Shown here: positions 35,425 to 35,653 of the stretch, one piece after another | How positions within the stretch are numbered: the first letter of the stretch is position 1 | How the letters are laid out: each line of letters opens with the position of its first letter | Virus record (IMG/VR): IMGVR_UViG_3300032212_000091 | Span: 1 to 35,653 of that record | Origin: a virus | Lineage: Duplodnaviria > Caudoviricetes | Direction: 5' to 3' (one strand) | Length of the DNA stretch: 35,653 nucleotides | The notes under the pieces: generated by a model | The model's database searches: none | What the model was told of the DNA's origin: nothing | The model's input: the letters and a program-made list of their open reading frames with translations, nothing else | Made by a program: the position numbers and the translations under genes

Positions 35425-35653
35425 ACAACTAAAAAGCAACCGCATTAAGCCGATTAAAGTTTCAACTTTCGGCAAACGAAAGCAGATCAAAAAAAAGCGT
35501 GTTACTAATGATTCAGAACTTGCTTATAACAACTGGCTACACGAAAAAGAGCAAATGGAAAAGTTTAAGTGCATGGTATGTGGCAAGCAGGTAGAACACT
35601 ATCATCATGTCAAGTGGGATAGCACAGATAAAAAGCGTCAATTTGTTCAGATG
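35408..35653 (+). CDS. partial HNH-like (DUF968/Ref-like) protein, truncated by window end
   Basis: GGAGG RBS; Y..WL...CMVCG....HYHHV; open to window end. Confidence 0.6.
   Translation, partial: MYSKAEQLKSNRIKPIKVSTFGKRKQIKKKRVTNDSELAYNNWLHEKEQMEKFKCMVCGKQVEHYHHVKWDSTDKKRQFVQM

Larger units (their letters stand above)
1..35653. mobile_element. Podovirus-like bacteriophage (near-complete genome or prophage), probable Campylobacterota host
   Basis: Contiguous packaging, head, short-tail, lysis and replication modules. No host housekeeping genes and no tape measure gene. Confidence 0.95.

Noticed and set aside
1-35653. Stop-codon reassignment
   Set aside because: Large genes are intact under the standard code, and TAA, TAG and TGA all terminate genes.

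Overview
The whole window is tailed-phage DNA and probably most of one genome, since the small accessory genes at the right end appear to continue at the left end. The virion module is podovirus-like (BPP-1/epsilon15/T7-type): terminase, portal, scaffold, capsid, tail tube A/B, four ejection proteins and a mosaic tail fibre. A holin/spanin/GH24 lysis cassette follows. The early module is lambdoid-style (ERF, SSB, replisome organizer with internal repeats), and no phage DNA or RNA polymerase is visible. The SSB sequence and the many -10-only promoters suggest a Campylobacterota host (Sulfurimonas/Sulfurovum-like). No integrase or CI-type repressor is visible. The best candidate for a new system is a regulatory circuit with three parts. 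(1) A promoter-driven, multi-branched ~120-nt RNA (32282-32403) carries two loops complementary to the RBS and early codons of a membrane/HTH gene 2.7 kb away, in the only minus-strand operon. (2) An 18-bp operator-like motif occurs at three promoters, including the RNA's promoter and that of an unannotated ribbon-helix-helix gene heading that operon. (3) A separate hairpin-loop/pseudoknot switch sits just before the replication genes. All family calls come from motif recognition by eye, with no database searches.
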